Assembly (NCBI GenBank): GCA_039586795.1
Contig: JBDHJS010000007.1
Location: forward strand, 1 to 64,000
Reading direction: 5' to 3'
Origin: Gemmatimonadota bacterium
GTDB lineage: Bacteria > Gemmatimonadota > Gemmatimonadetes > Palauibacterales > KS3-K002
Length of the DNA: 64,000 nucleotides
Shown: positions 17,223 to 26,191 of the stretch, piece after piece
Layout: each line of letters opens with the position of its first letter
Numbering within the stretch: position 1 is the stretch's first letter
Notes under the pieces: model-generated
What the model saw: only the letters and a program-made list of their open reading frames with translations
What the model was told of the DNA's origin: nothing
Databases searched by the model: none
Program-made: the position numbers and the translations under genes

Positions 17223-18230
17223 TCAGTTATGGGCCAGTCGCTCGATTTCGTCCTGTACCGATTTCTCTCTGCCTACCGCTCCGAGCCGTCGATAGTTGGC
17301 GGCAGCGGCCTCCAGATCTGCTTTGGCGAGCGCCGTGCGATCTTCAGCCACATGGAGACGCGCCCGTTCCTCGAGGATCTCCGCTTCCAACAGCGGGTTC
17401 GCGTTGTCTCTCGTCAGCTTCAGGGCATCCTCGAAGTAACGCTCCGCGAGCTCGCGGTCCGGCTCCAACCCAACGATACTTCCCAGCAGCTTAAGGGCTT
17501 CAGCACGCCCCAGCTCGTCGCCAAGCTCCTCGAAAGCCTCCAGCGCGTGCCGCGCCTCCACGGCGGCATACACGCGATCACCTCTCAGATAGGCGATCTC
17601 CGCGCGGCCGGCGCGGGCCATCGCTGTCAACCGGCGGTCGCCGAGCTGGCGGGCCCGACGTTGGGCGTTGCGGTAGTGACGCTCCGCCTCGCGCCAATCG
17701 CCGAGGTCGCGATAGACGATGCCGAGGTTGTGATCGGTCTGCGCCAGCCCGGCGAGGAAGCCCACTTTCTGGTACACGGGAATCGACAGACGAAACAGGG
17801 AGAGCGCTTCCTCGTCTTTGCCGCGCAAGCTCGCGATGGCGCCCAGGTTGTTCGTGGCGCGGCCAATCATCTCATCGTTGTCGCTCTCCCGCGCAAGCTC
17901 GAGCAGATCGGAGAACCGCCGTTCCGCTCCGTTCAGGTCTCCCAGCTCGAATTCGACCGCGCCCGCCAGGTTGAGCGCCTGCAGCAGGTTCAATCGGTCG
18001 TGACGGCTGCGGAATTCGGCCTCAGCGACGAGCACGAGATTCAGGGCGCGCTCCATCTTGCCGCTGTAGAAGAGTGACTCCGCCACGTGATAGGCGACTT
18101 TCGGGTCCGCGGTCAGCTCTGAATCACTCAGATCCGCCGCACGATCCCGTATGTCGCCCCACCGCCGATCCTCCACCAGCTGCTCCAGCTCGGCTTTCAG
18201 TGCGACCGCGTCACGTGAGAGAGCGCCCAT
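17223..18230 (-). CDS. Tetratricopeptide repeat protein
   Basis: ALNLAGAV, ATNNLGAI and TDHNLGIVY repeats. Confidence 0.85.
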   Translation of the reverse strand: MGALSRDAVALKAELEQLVEDRRWGDIRDRAADLSDSELTADPKVAYHVAESLFYSGKMERALNLVLVAEAEFRSRHDRLNLLQALNLAGAVEFELGDLNGAERRFSDLLELARESDNDEMIGRATNNLGAIASLRGKDEEALSLFRLSIPVYQKVGFLAGLAQTDHNLGIVYRDLGDWREAERHYRNAQRRARQLGDRRLTAMARAGRAEIAYLRGDRVYAAVEARHALEAFEELGDELGRAEALKLLGSIVGLEPDRELAERYFEDALKLTRDNANPLLEAEILEERARLHVAEDRTALAKADLEAAAANYRRLGAVGREKSVQDEIERLAHN

Positions 18231-18238
18231 CTTACGAC

Positions 18239-18859
18239 TTACCGTCCTACCGCTAACCCGTAACGGGTGAAGCTGAATATCACAACTTCAATCTCATCCA
18301 ACTCCTCCAATTGCAGCGAGGCCTGGCGTTCCCAGTCGTCGCCCGGGTTCTCTTGCTTCCAAAAGTCGATCGCGGACTCTACGCTCAGGAATTCATCCTC
18401 CGCCTCGTCGTAGTCGAACTCTAGCTGAGCCGGTTCACTCGGGTTGAACTGCAGACCCGACGGCCCGAAGGTCACAACAAACAGCTCCGGATCGATGCTC
18501 ACAGTGATCTCGATAGAGTCACCGTCGGCGAACAGCGTTCCGTCCGGGCGGCGAAGTAGCGTCTCCTCGTCGATTTCGAATTCCAGGAACTTTTTGCCAG
18601 TCCCTGTACCGCCCTGACCCTGGTAGCGAATCTCCAGCTCGCGGTACTGGCCCCTAACCGCCCAAAACGACGTGTCCATCGTCTCGACTGGCGGCGCGGT
18701 GACCTTGCGCGGCACGAAATCGAGCTGCGACTCGTCAACGATGTCCGGTGGATCGCTCTCGGTCGTGTTGTCGTCGCAGGCCACCGCCGAAAACACGATC
18801 AGCAGTCCCACAACCAGCCAACCCGCTCTTTTCATCCAAATCACTCCATGACTAAGCAC
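18239..18859 (-). CDS. Hypothetical lipoprotein (ZU5-like C-terminus possible)
   Basis: RBS AAGGAGG before GTG; lipobox AVAC; FGPSGLQF...W...SFTRYGLA. Confidence 0.72.
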   Translation of the reverse strand: MLSHGVIWMKRAGWLVVGLLIVFSAVACDDNTTESDPPDIVDESQLDFVPRKVTAPPVETMDTSFWAVRGQYRELEIRYQGQGGTGTGKKFLEFEIDEETLLRRPDGTLFADGDSIEITVSIDPELFVVTFGPSGLQFNPSEPAQLEFDYDEAEDEFLSVESAIDFWKQENPGDDWERQASLQLEELDEIEVVIFSFTRYGLAVGR

Positions 18860-18935
18860 GGTGCCTCCTTCACTCCGTCGATTTGTCATCCTCTATGCGG
18901 GCGGCCGTGGTGGGTCGCGCGCCACTAACTCGTTG

Positions 18936-18951
18936 TGCAAACGGCATTCCG
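18936..18951 (-). promoter_or_regulatory. Sigma54 -24/-12 promoter for the lipoprotein-TPR-cytochrome operon
   Basis: Minus strand CGGAATGCCGTTTGCA (GG-N10-GC with TTGC). Confidence 0.55.
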
Positions 18952-19012
18952 TATGTAAGGCGTTATATGATAATCACTTAAGGTGAAGGCGACTGTGTCG
19001 ATCGCCTTCAGT

Positions 19013-19029
19013 TGTATCGTATCGCTACA
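19013..19029. promoter_or_regulatory. Putative enhancer (UAS) site
   Basis: Reverse complement TGTAGCGATACGATACA is nearly identical to 20539-20555. Confidence 0.55.
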
Positions 19030-19033
19030 CCCA

Positions 19034-20389
19034 TCAGCTCGTTTCGGACTCGGCGTCGAGTTCGGCCAACCGCTTGATGGCCCGATGGAGGCGCGATCTC
19101 GAGATGCCAAGTCGCCGCGCCGCCGCGCTCTTGTTGCCGCCGGCGTGCTCCAGCATCGCTCTCACGGCCGCCAGCTCGATCGTCTCCATTGATGCGGGGA
19201 ACGGCAGCGATTCGCCGCCGCTTTTTGCGACCGGCGCCGATTCGTGCTGGATGAACAGATCGTCGGCGCGGAGCTCTTTCCCCTCGCCCAGCAGCAAAGC
19301 GCGCTCGACGGCGTTCCTCATCTCCCGCACGTTTCCCGGCCAGGAGTGCGTCATGAGCAGATCTTTGAGTGGAGACGTGATCTCGGGGCGCGGCACCTCG
19401 TACTCGCGGCTCAAGGTGTCGAGGAAGTGCTCAGCGAGAAGGACGATATCGGCACCGCGATCACGCAGCGGCGGCAGTTCGAGCGGGATGACCGACAGGC
19501 GGTAGTAGAGGTCGTCGCGAAAGCGACCGGCCTTCGCCTCGACCGCCAGGTTGCGGTTGGTGGCCGCGATGATGCGGACGTCGACCTCCTGGGTACGGGT
19601 CCCACCCACCCGCCGCACCATCTTGTCCTCGATGACCTTGAGGAGCTTGCCCTGTAACTCGAAGGGCAGCTCGCCAACTTCATCGAGGAACAGGGAGCCG
19701 CCATCGGCGACCTCCAGCAGACCGGGCTTGGCCCGCTTGGCGTCAGTGAACGCCCCACGTTCGTAGCCGAACAGCTCCGACTCCAACAGATTCGCCGGGA
19801 TGGCCGAGCAGTTGAGCTCGACGAACGGCCCCTCGGCCCTGGGACCGTTATAATGGATCGCCTGCGCCAGAAGCTCCTTGCCGGTTCCCGTCTCGCCGTT
19901 CAGCAATACGGTGGCCGTGCCCCGGGGGATGATTCGCGCCGCCAGAGCCAACGCCTCGCGAACGGCATTACTCTCTCCCACGATCTGGGAGAAGTCGAAT
20001 TCCCGGCGCTCCGTCTCGGCGAGCTTGGCTCGAGCCTCCAGGCTTCTCTGAGCCTCCCCTTTGGCCTTCAGGTAGTCCCTCAGCCGCTCCGCCTCCTCGG
20101 GCAACACGAAATAGTCCTCGGCCCCGGCGCGGACGACTTCGACGGCCAGCCGGTGGTCGGACACCGAGCCGACCACGGCAGGCACCTCGGGGACCCCGGC
20201 CACGGCGTCCCGAACGCGGTCGCTGGCCCGCTCCTCCGCGCCGGGTATCGAGACGACGACAACAGCGGCCTGGGCGGCTCTACCCAGGTCCGAGCCGAAT
20301 TCCAGAGCGAGGTCGGCCTCCCCGGCCGCTTCCTCGTAGAAGTCGCGGAAGGAATCCGATTCACTGTAGACGAATAGCTTGTTTTTCAC
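19034..20389 (-). CDS. Sigma54-dependent enhancer-binding protein with degenerate receiver domain
   Basis: [33 protein letters not shown] and a Fis-type HTH. Confidence 0.93.
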   Translation of the reverse strand: MKNKLFVYSESDSFRDFYEEAAGEADLALEFGSDLGRAAQAAVVVVSIPGAEERASDRVRDAVAGVPEVPAVVGSVSDHRLAVEVVRAGAEDYFVLPEEAERLRDYLKAKGEAQRSLEARAKLAETERREFDFSQIVGESNAVREALALAARIIPRGTATVLLNGETGTGKELLAQAIHYNGPRAEGPFVELNCSAIPANLLESELFGYERGAFTDAKRAKPGLLEVADGGSLFLDEVGELPFELQGKLLKVIEDKMVRRVGGTRTQEVDVRIIAATNRNLAVEAKAGRFRDDLYYRLSVIPLELPPLRDRGADIVLLAEHFLDTLSREYEVPRPEITSPLKDLLMTHSWPGNVREMRNAVERALLLGEGKELRADDLFIQHESAPVAKSGGESLPFPASMETIELAAVRAMLEHAGGNKSAAARRLGISRSRLHRAIKRLAELDAESETS

Positions 20390-20405
20390 TCAACCTCCCA
20401 CCAAG

Positions 20406-20584
20406 TGACTCACAACGATACACAATCTCTACCGCCGATTCAACTGTCTCGTTTTGATACTTGCGAAGGCGTGAGCTGAAAGCCCTTTTGGTAGAAGGCT
20501 TTTCGACGGAGTGCCGAAGCGTTGGCGGGCCACTCGGTTGTAGCGAAGCGATACGGATTATTGCTGTTGTCTCGAATCGATACG
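20406..20584. promoter_or_regulatory. Four 17-bp putative enhancer sites
   Basis: TGACTCACAACGATACA 20406, TGTCTCGTTTTGATACT 20445, TGTAGCGAAGCGATACG 20539, TGTCTCGAATCGATACG 20568. Confidence 0.6.
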
Positions 20585-20663
20585 GATGCCGGTGATTCGT
20601 TGTTCGGCCATCCGAGGCACGCATCGCCTTTCCCATCAATGCTTTACGCCTTTTGGCACCGTC

Positions 20664-20679
20664 CGGCACCGCCGTTGCT
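20664..20679 (+). promoter_or_regulatory. Sigma54 -24/-12 promoter
   Basis: CGGCACCGCCGTTGCT matches YGGCAC-N5-TTGCW. Confidence 0.75.
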
Positions 20680-20737
20680 TTAGTGTTGGCCGGCAACGAC
20701 AGAAGGATCCGCAACGCAAATGAACAAGGAGGAACAG

Positions 20738-21556
20738 ATGAGCAGGAGAACTGGACTGACGGGCGCGCTGTTGGCCCTAACGCTGGTCACGGCGATGGTG
20801 GGCTGTGACAACGCGACGGGCCCCGGCCTGGACGGCTCGAAGGCAGTGACGCTGTCGATCGCGATGAGCGCCGGAACGGCGGCACCGTCCCTGTTCGCCG
20901 GTGAGCTGGAGTTGAATGACGGGACCCACACGCTGGTGATTCAGAGCGCCGAGCTGGTGATCCGGGAGATCGAGTTCGAGCGCATGAATCACGACGACTG
21001 CGAGGTAGCCGGCACGGATGACGATTGCGAAGAGTTCGAGACGGGACCCTACCTGGTGGCGCTGCCGCTGGATGGAACCGTGAGCCAGGAGCTCACAGCC
21101 GTGGTCGACACGGGAACGTATGACGAGATCGAATTCGACATCCACAAGCCGGAGGATAACGGCCTGACGGATGAGGACTTCCTCGTTGACAATCCGAACT
21201 TCGCCGATATCAGCATTCGCGTGACGGGCACATACGACGGTCAGGACTTCCTCTACACGACGGACCTGAACGAGGAGCAAGAGATCGAGCTGACCAGTCC
21301 GCTGGTGGTGACTCCGGAGTCCGGGCCTGTCGCCGTCACGTTGATCATCGATGCGTCCACGTGGTTTGAGACCTCAACAGGTTCGCTCATCGACCCACGC
21401 ACGGCCAACGACGGTGAGCCGAACGAGGGGTTAGTGGAAGACAACATTCGTACGTCGATCGAGGGCTTCCGCGACGACGACCATGACGGCATTCCGCATG
21501 ATGATGATGACGACGAGGATCACAGCGTAGACGACAACGGAGGGACGGGTAGCTGA
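20738..21556 (+). CDS. Acidic lipoprotein (DUF4382-like possible) with Asp/His-rich tail
   Basis: RBS AGGAGG, lipobox MVGC, tail DDDHDGIPHDDDDDEDH. Confidence 0.8.
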   Translation: MSRRTGLTGALLALTLVTAMVGCDNATGPGLDGSKAVTLSIAMSAGTAAPSLFAGELELNDGTHTLVIQSAELVIREIEFERMNHDDCEVAGTDDDCEEFETGPYLVALPLDGTVSQELTAVVDTGTYDEIEFDIHKPEDNGLTDEDFLVDNPNFADISIRVTGTYDGQDFLYTTDLNEEQEIELTSPLVVTPESGPVAVTLIIDASTWFETSTGSLIDPRTANDGEPNEGLVEDNIRTSIEGFRDDDHDGIPHDDDDDEDHSVDDNGGTGS

Positions 21557-21576
21557 GTCTACCCAACACAGATAAC

Positions 21577-21610
21577 AAAAAGGGCGGCCAACGTGCCGCC
21601 CTTTCTCTTG
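21577..21610. terminator. Bidirectional intrinsic terminator
   Basis: AAAAAGGGCGGC-CAACGT-GCCGCCCTTTCTCTT between convergent genes. Confidence 0.8.
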
Positions 21611-21626
21611 TCTGGACATCGCCAGG

Positions 21627-23225
21627 CTATTCGATCACCCACTCATAGATGTTCTGATAAAGTCCGAACGTGTCGATCCTCGTGTTCTTCACCTGCTCGC
21701 TCACCGCCGCTGTGTCATCGAAATACCAAAGGAACGCGTACGGGCGATCGTCCGCGATGATCCGGGCAACTTCACGCCAGTACGGGGCGGCGGCTTCCGC
21801 TGTCGGCGCCGCCTGGGCCAGTGGTATCAGGCTGTCGACTGCAGCGTTGGCGAAGCCTGTGAAGTTCAACATGCCGTCCTGCGGCCAGAAGAACGCGGCC
21901 AAGTAGCTGGGCTCCAGGGCCACCTGCCAACCTGCGAGCACGGCCTCGAAATCACGCCCCTCGAACATGAGGCCGAGCATCGTATTGAATTCCATCGCCC
22001 GGACATTCATCTGGATGCCGATGTCCGCGAAGCGAGCCTGGATGATCTCGGCGGCGGAAGTCCGCCGATCATTCCCTGCCTGCGTCATCAGCGTGAAGCT
22101 GAAGGCGCGTCCGTTCTTGTCGATGACGCCATCACCGTCGCTGTCGCTCCAGCCCTTGGCCGTGAAGATCGCCGCAGCGCTGTCCGGCAAGTAGGGGTCC
22201 GGAGTCGAGGACGGATCGACCAGATCGGCGAAGATCGGCGCCAGCGGTCCCGCGGCAGGTTGAGTGAACAAGCTGATCCCAAGGCCATCGAGGATCATCT
22301 GGCGGTCGATGGCCAGAGAGAGGGCGTGGCGGATGTCGGGATCGCCGAATAGCTCCTCATCGCTGAGGTTCCAGGCCAGATAGTCATAGAACCGCTGTGT
22401 CATCGTCTCGATGCGAAAGCGCTCGTCCGCCTCGAGCCGCGCGGCGTCGCTCATCGGGATGGGCGCCGCGACATCGAGGCCGCCGGTCTCCAACTCGGCC
22501 AACATCGTCACAGCGTCCTGGATGACACGGAATATGATGGAGTCCGTCGCAGGCTCGGGGGCAAAGGAACTCGGATTTGTCTCCAACAGGAGTCTTTCAC
22601 CGGGCCGCCACTCCGCCACGCGGTAGGGTCCGCTGACCACGAGACCTGCTGGGTCGGCGACCGCGGGGTGGGAGGTGAGCGTTTGCGCATCCGATGCCGC
22701 TTCCTCGAACACATGAGCCGGAATGATCCCGATCCCGGTGTCGAAGATCATCTGCGGGTAACGGCGCTTGAAGTAGAAGGTGACCCGGCTGTCGTCCACG
22801 GCTACCACAGAATCGAGTTGGGCCCAGACGCTGGCGTAGACCGACGAGATCTCCGGTTTGCGAACGAGCTCGAACGTAAAGACGACATCACCGGCATCAA
22901 TGGGGTGGCCGTCCGACCACATGGCACCGCTACGGAGGTGGTACGTGAGGGTCATCGAGTCCGGCCCAAACTCCCAACGCTCGGCGAGGGAGTGATCGCC
23001 CAGGAAGTACTCTATGCCGCCGTCGCCCCAGCGCGCTGAGTTCAACGCCGCGTAAAGATGCGAGTTGATCTCGTTGTCGAACGCGCTCGTCTCGGATACG
23101 GGCAACAGCACGCCGACGTTGTTTGGCGTACCGATGACGATGATGTTCCGGGCCGGCTGCCTGTCGCAGGCGCCAAGCAGCGCTGCTGCGAAGAGTAAGC
23201 CGACGACTAGAAATCCGCGGTTCAC
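21627..23225 (-). CDS. Family 5 (peptide/nickel) ABC substrate-binding lipoprotein
   Basis: Lipobox LGAC, WSDGHPIDAGDVVFTF, SGPYRV, RHALSLAIDR; RBS AGGAGG. Confidence 0.9.
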   Translation of the reverse strand: MNRGFLVVGLLFAAALLGACDRQPARNIIVIGTPNNVGVLLPVSETSAFDNEINSHLYAALNSARWGDGGIEYFLGDHSLAERWEFGPDSMTLTYHLRSGAMWSDGHPIDAGDVVFTFELVRKPEISSVYASVWAQLDSVVAVDDSRVTFYFKRRYPQMIFDTGIGIIPAHVFEEAASDAQTLTSHPAVADPAGLVVSGPYRVAEWRPGERLLLETNPSSFAPEPATDSIIFRVIQDAVTMLAELETGGLDVAAPIPMSDAARLEADERFRIETMTQRFYDYLAWNLSDEELFGDPDIRHALSLAIDRQMILDGLGISLFTQPAAGPLAPIFADLVDPSSTPDPYLPDSAAAIFTAKGWSDSDGDGVIDKNGRAFSFTLMTQAGNDRRTSAAEIIQARFADIGIQMNVRAMEFNTMLGLMFEGRDFEAVLAGWQVALEPSYLAAFFWPQDGMLNFTGFANAAVDSLIPLAQAAPTAEAAAPYWREVARIIADDRPYAFLWYFDDTAAVSEQVKNTRIDTFGLYQNIYEWVIE

Positions 23226-23398
23226 AGTGCCTCCTGGGTTCGGTTCGGCCCGCCGGAATCGACACAATTGTAGGCAACACTCGAGCCGCGCGATAGCCGG
23301 GGGATTATCGACTTGCGAACGCGTGTGGATCTCGCAGTATCATGAAGCGTCGGGTTAGGGTAGGGGATCGGAGCAGTCATGAGCAATGGGGGGAACGC

Positions 23399-24520
23399 AT
23401 GAAGCGACGAGCATTCCTGAGAAACGGGCTCGCTTTTGGGGCGGCCGGAATGGCTGGCGGCGTGTCTGTACTGCCGAGTCTGGCGTCGACGCTTGAGCCC
23501 CGCTCCGCAGGCACGCTGAGGCTCAACTCGAATGAGAACCCGCTCGGGCTGTCTCCAGCGGCGCGCAGCGCGATCATCGACGGGTTGGGCGAAGCGAACC
23601 GATACCCGAGAAGCAATCGGATCCGGATGATCGAGACGCTGGCAGACCTGCACGGCGTGGAAACGGCGAACATCGTTCTCGGTTGCGGCTCCACCGAGAT
23701 ACTACAGATGTCGGTGCAGGCGCTGTTCGAGCCGGGGGCGACGCTCGTGCTGGCCGACCCTACCTTCGAGGACGTACCCCTCTACGCCGAGCCGTTCACG
23801 TACGAGGTGGTCAAGGTCCCGCTGGACGCAAACTACGCTCACGATCTCGGCCGAATGCGCGATGTTGCGGAGTCGTCGGGCAGCAGGGCCCTTGTCTACG
23901 TCTGTAATCCCAACAACCCGACCGGCACCCTCACCTCGAGCGCCGAGGTCGATGCTTGGATCGAATCGGCCCCGGAGAACATCTACTTCCTGGTAGACGA
24001 GGCCTATTACGAGTATTGCGAGGACCCGGGCTACTGGTCCTGCACCAAATTCATCGACCGCCCGAACGTCATCGTCGCCCGGACCTTCTCGAAGATTTAC
24101 GGAATGGCGGGTATCCGACTCGGCTACGCCGTGGCCAACAAGAAAGCGGCTGATCTGTTACGCCAGTTCATCGCGAAGACCAACGCCAACGAGTTGGTGC
24201 TGGTAGCGGCCTACGCCGCGTTGCAGGACGATGACCTGGTGCCTCGCAGTCGCAAAGCGAACGCTGATGCGATGGCCATCCTCCACGGTTGCCTGGAAGA
24301 GCTCGACCTCGAATACCTTCCGAGCCACACGAACTTCGTCATGCACCGTATCAACGGCGAGCTGGAGGGCTATCAGAAGCGGATGGCGGAGCAAGATGTA
24401 AGAGTGGGACGAGCGTTTCCGCCGATGTTGAATTACAATCGACTGTCGTTGGGGTTGCCGGAGGAAATGTCGCGCTTCGCAGATATCTTGCGGGGATTTC
24501 GCGAGCGGGGCTGGGTGTAG
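23399..24520 (+). CDS. HisC-like PLP aminotransferase with twin-arginine signal
   Basis: MKRRAFL signal; LNSNENP, CNPNNPTG, DEAY and RTFSKIYGMAGIRLGY motifs. Confidence 0.88.
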   Translation: MKRRAFLRNGLAFGAAGMAGGVSVLPSLASTLEPRSAGTLRLNSNENPLGLSPAARSAIIDGLGEANRYPRSNRIRMIETLADLHGVETANIVLGCGSTEILQMSVQALFEPGATLVLADPTFEDVPLYAEPFTYEVVKVPLDANYAHDLGRMRDVAESSGSRALVYVCNPNNPTGTLTSSAEVDAWIESAPENIYFLVDEAYYEYCEDPGYWSCTKFIDRPNVIVARTFSKIYGMAGIRLGYAVANKKAADLLRQFIAKTNANELVLVAAYAALQDDDLVPRSRKANADAMAILHGCLEELDLEYLPSHTNFVMHRINGELEGYQKRMAEQDVRVGRAFPPMLNYNRLSLGLPEEMSRFADILRGFRERGWV

Positions 24521-24552
24521 AATCAACGTTAGACTACTAACGCGTGACGCAT

Positions 24553-24656
24553 AAGGTCTAATCACGCTCATCAACACTCAGCCCTCAACCCTCGATCATA
24601 AGCCGGTTTATGATTGAGAGCTGAGGGCTGAGTGTTGATGAGCGTGATTTAGCCTT
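24553..24656. repeat. ~100-bp palindromic (REP/MITE-like) element
   Basis: 28-bp perfect inverted arms (AATCACGCTCATCAACACTCAGCCCTCA) plus a 14-bp imperfect inner stem around loop GCCGGT. Confidence 0.85.
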
Positions 24657-24675
24657 GCCCGTTAAGAGTAGGTAG

Positions 24676-25341
24676 CTATTCAGCTAACAGACCATGCACA
24701 AGCGCCGCAATCCCATCCACATCCAAAAGCTCATCCAAAACAGCAACCGCCCCCGAAAAATCATGCCGCCCATTATACTCATGCCTCACCGCAATCGCCT
24801 TCACCCCCGCCGCATGCGCCGAAGTGATCCCCGACTCCGTATCCTCGATCACGACCGCTCGCTCCGGTGCAAGCGATAATTCAGCAAGCGCCTTGAGATA
24901 TGGCTCCGGCGCCGGCTTCTCGCTCTCGACATCATCTCCGGAGATGCACGCGGCAAAAGCTTCGCCCAGCCCCGTCTGAGCCAGAACCTTGTCCATCATC
25001 CACCGCAGGCTCGAGCTGACGACAGCGAGTCGGTAACCGTGCTCGCGAAAAGCGGTGACGAGGTTCCCGGCACCCGGCATCAGCTCTACACCATCGTCCA
25101 GCTGCAGGCCGTACTCGTGCTTGAAAAGCTCGGCGTACCGCTCGTGATCGAACGAAACGCCGGCGGCTTCCGAAAACTCCTTTGCCGCCAGGTAATGCGA
25201 CTTTCCCATCACCTGGGAGTAGTAAGCAGGGTCTAAACGGCCACCCAAGTGTTCTATCGTGTTCGCGTGTGCTCGCGCCTTGAGGGTCTCGGTTGCCACG
25301 AGCACGCCGTCGAGGTCAAAGAGCACGCCAGCGTTAGTCAT
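24676..25341 (-). CDS. HAD-superfamily phosphatase (beta-PGM/CbbY-like)
   Basis: FDLDGVL, VSSS, KPAPEPY and IEDT motifs. Confidence 0.92.
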   Translation of the reverse strand: MTNAGVLFDLDGVLVATETLKARAHANTIEHLGGRLDPAYYSQVMGKSHYLAAKEFSEAAGVSFDHERYAELFKHEYGLQLDDGVELMPGAGNLVTAFREHGYRLAVVSSSLRWMMDKVLAQTGLGEAFAACISGDDVESEKPAPEPYLKALAELSLAPERAVVIEDTESGITSAHAAGVKAIAVRHEYNGRHDFSGAVAVLDELLDVDGIAALVHGLLAE

Positions 25342-26191
25342 GCCGCCGATACGTGAGTGTCGCCGCTACTGGAAAGTGGTCAGACGGGAACCGCCCGTCC
25401 CGTTCGGTGCGAACGATCTCGGCTGTTACGACGTTCCAATCGTTCGATACGAACACATAGTCGATCTTCTCGCCCGAAGTCGTGCCCTGGAAGCCGTTAA
25501 AGGTGCCTACCTCGGTCGAATCTTCATGGAGAATTCGGAAGCTGTCCTTCAGCCGCAGGTTTGACTCGTAGACCAGAAACGCGATGGCGAGGTTCGCCTC
25601 GCCGGCGTTGAAGTCGCCGGTGATGACGAACGGGTCCGGATGCTCGCGAGCCGCAATACGCTCGGCGAGCAGAGTCGTACTACGCTCGCGGGATTCCTGG
25701 GACTGGTGGTCGAGATGAACGTTAAAGACGTAGAAGGACCTTGCCGTCTCTCGATCGCGTAGGCGGGCCCAGGTGCAGATGCGAGGAATGTGGGCGCCCC
25801 AGCCGACGGCGCCAGGAAGTTCGGGCGTATCGGCGAACCAGAACGTGCCGTGGTCCAGGGCCTCGAACTTTTCCTCCCTGTAGAGTATCGCTGCATATTC
25901 GCCGGCCTCGACCCCATCGTCTCTCCCGACACCCAGCTCACTATATCCCGTCACCGCATCTGCGATCTCGTCCAACTGGAACCGCAGCGCTTCCTGAAGT
26001 CCGACGATATCGGCTTCTTGATCGCGAATCACATCGAAAACGAACTCGCGACGATGCTGCCAGCTATTCTCACCGTCGTCCGCCGTGCCGTAACGGATGT
26101 TGAAAGACAGTACGGAGAGATCGGGTGTGTCCGGTGTGGCGCCACACCCGAACAAACACGATAGCGCAACAGCAAGAACGGTCTTTCTCAT
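25334..26191 (-). CDS. Endonuclease/exonuclease/phosphatase (EEP) family lipoprotein
   Basis: Lipobox LFGC; SFNIRY, GLQEA, NVHLDH, TGDFN, IDYVF and SDH motifs. Confidence 0.92.
   Translation of the reverse strand: MRKTVLAVALSCLFGCGATPDTPDLSVLSFNIRYGTADDGENSWQHRREFVFDVIRDQEADIVGLQEALRFQLDEIADAVTGYSELGVGRDDGVEAGEYAAILYREEKFEALDHGTFWFADTPELPGAVGWGAHIPRICTWARLRDRETARSFYVFNVHLDHQSQESRERSTTLLAERIAAREHPDPFVITGDFNAGEANLAIAFLVYESNLRLKDSFRILHEDSTEVGTFNGFQGTTSGEKIDYVFVSNDWNVVTAEIVRTERDGRFPSDHFPVAATLTYRRHD

Noticed and set aside
23399..24520. Calling this gene hisC
   Set aside because: The Tat signal and lack of his context make a biosynthetic role doubtful.
24553..24656. CRISPR repeat or IS end
   Set aside because: A single inverted repeat with no spacers, cas genes or transposase.
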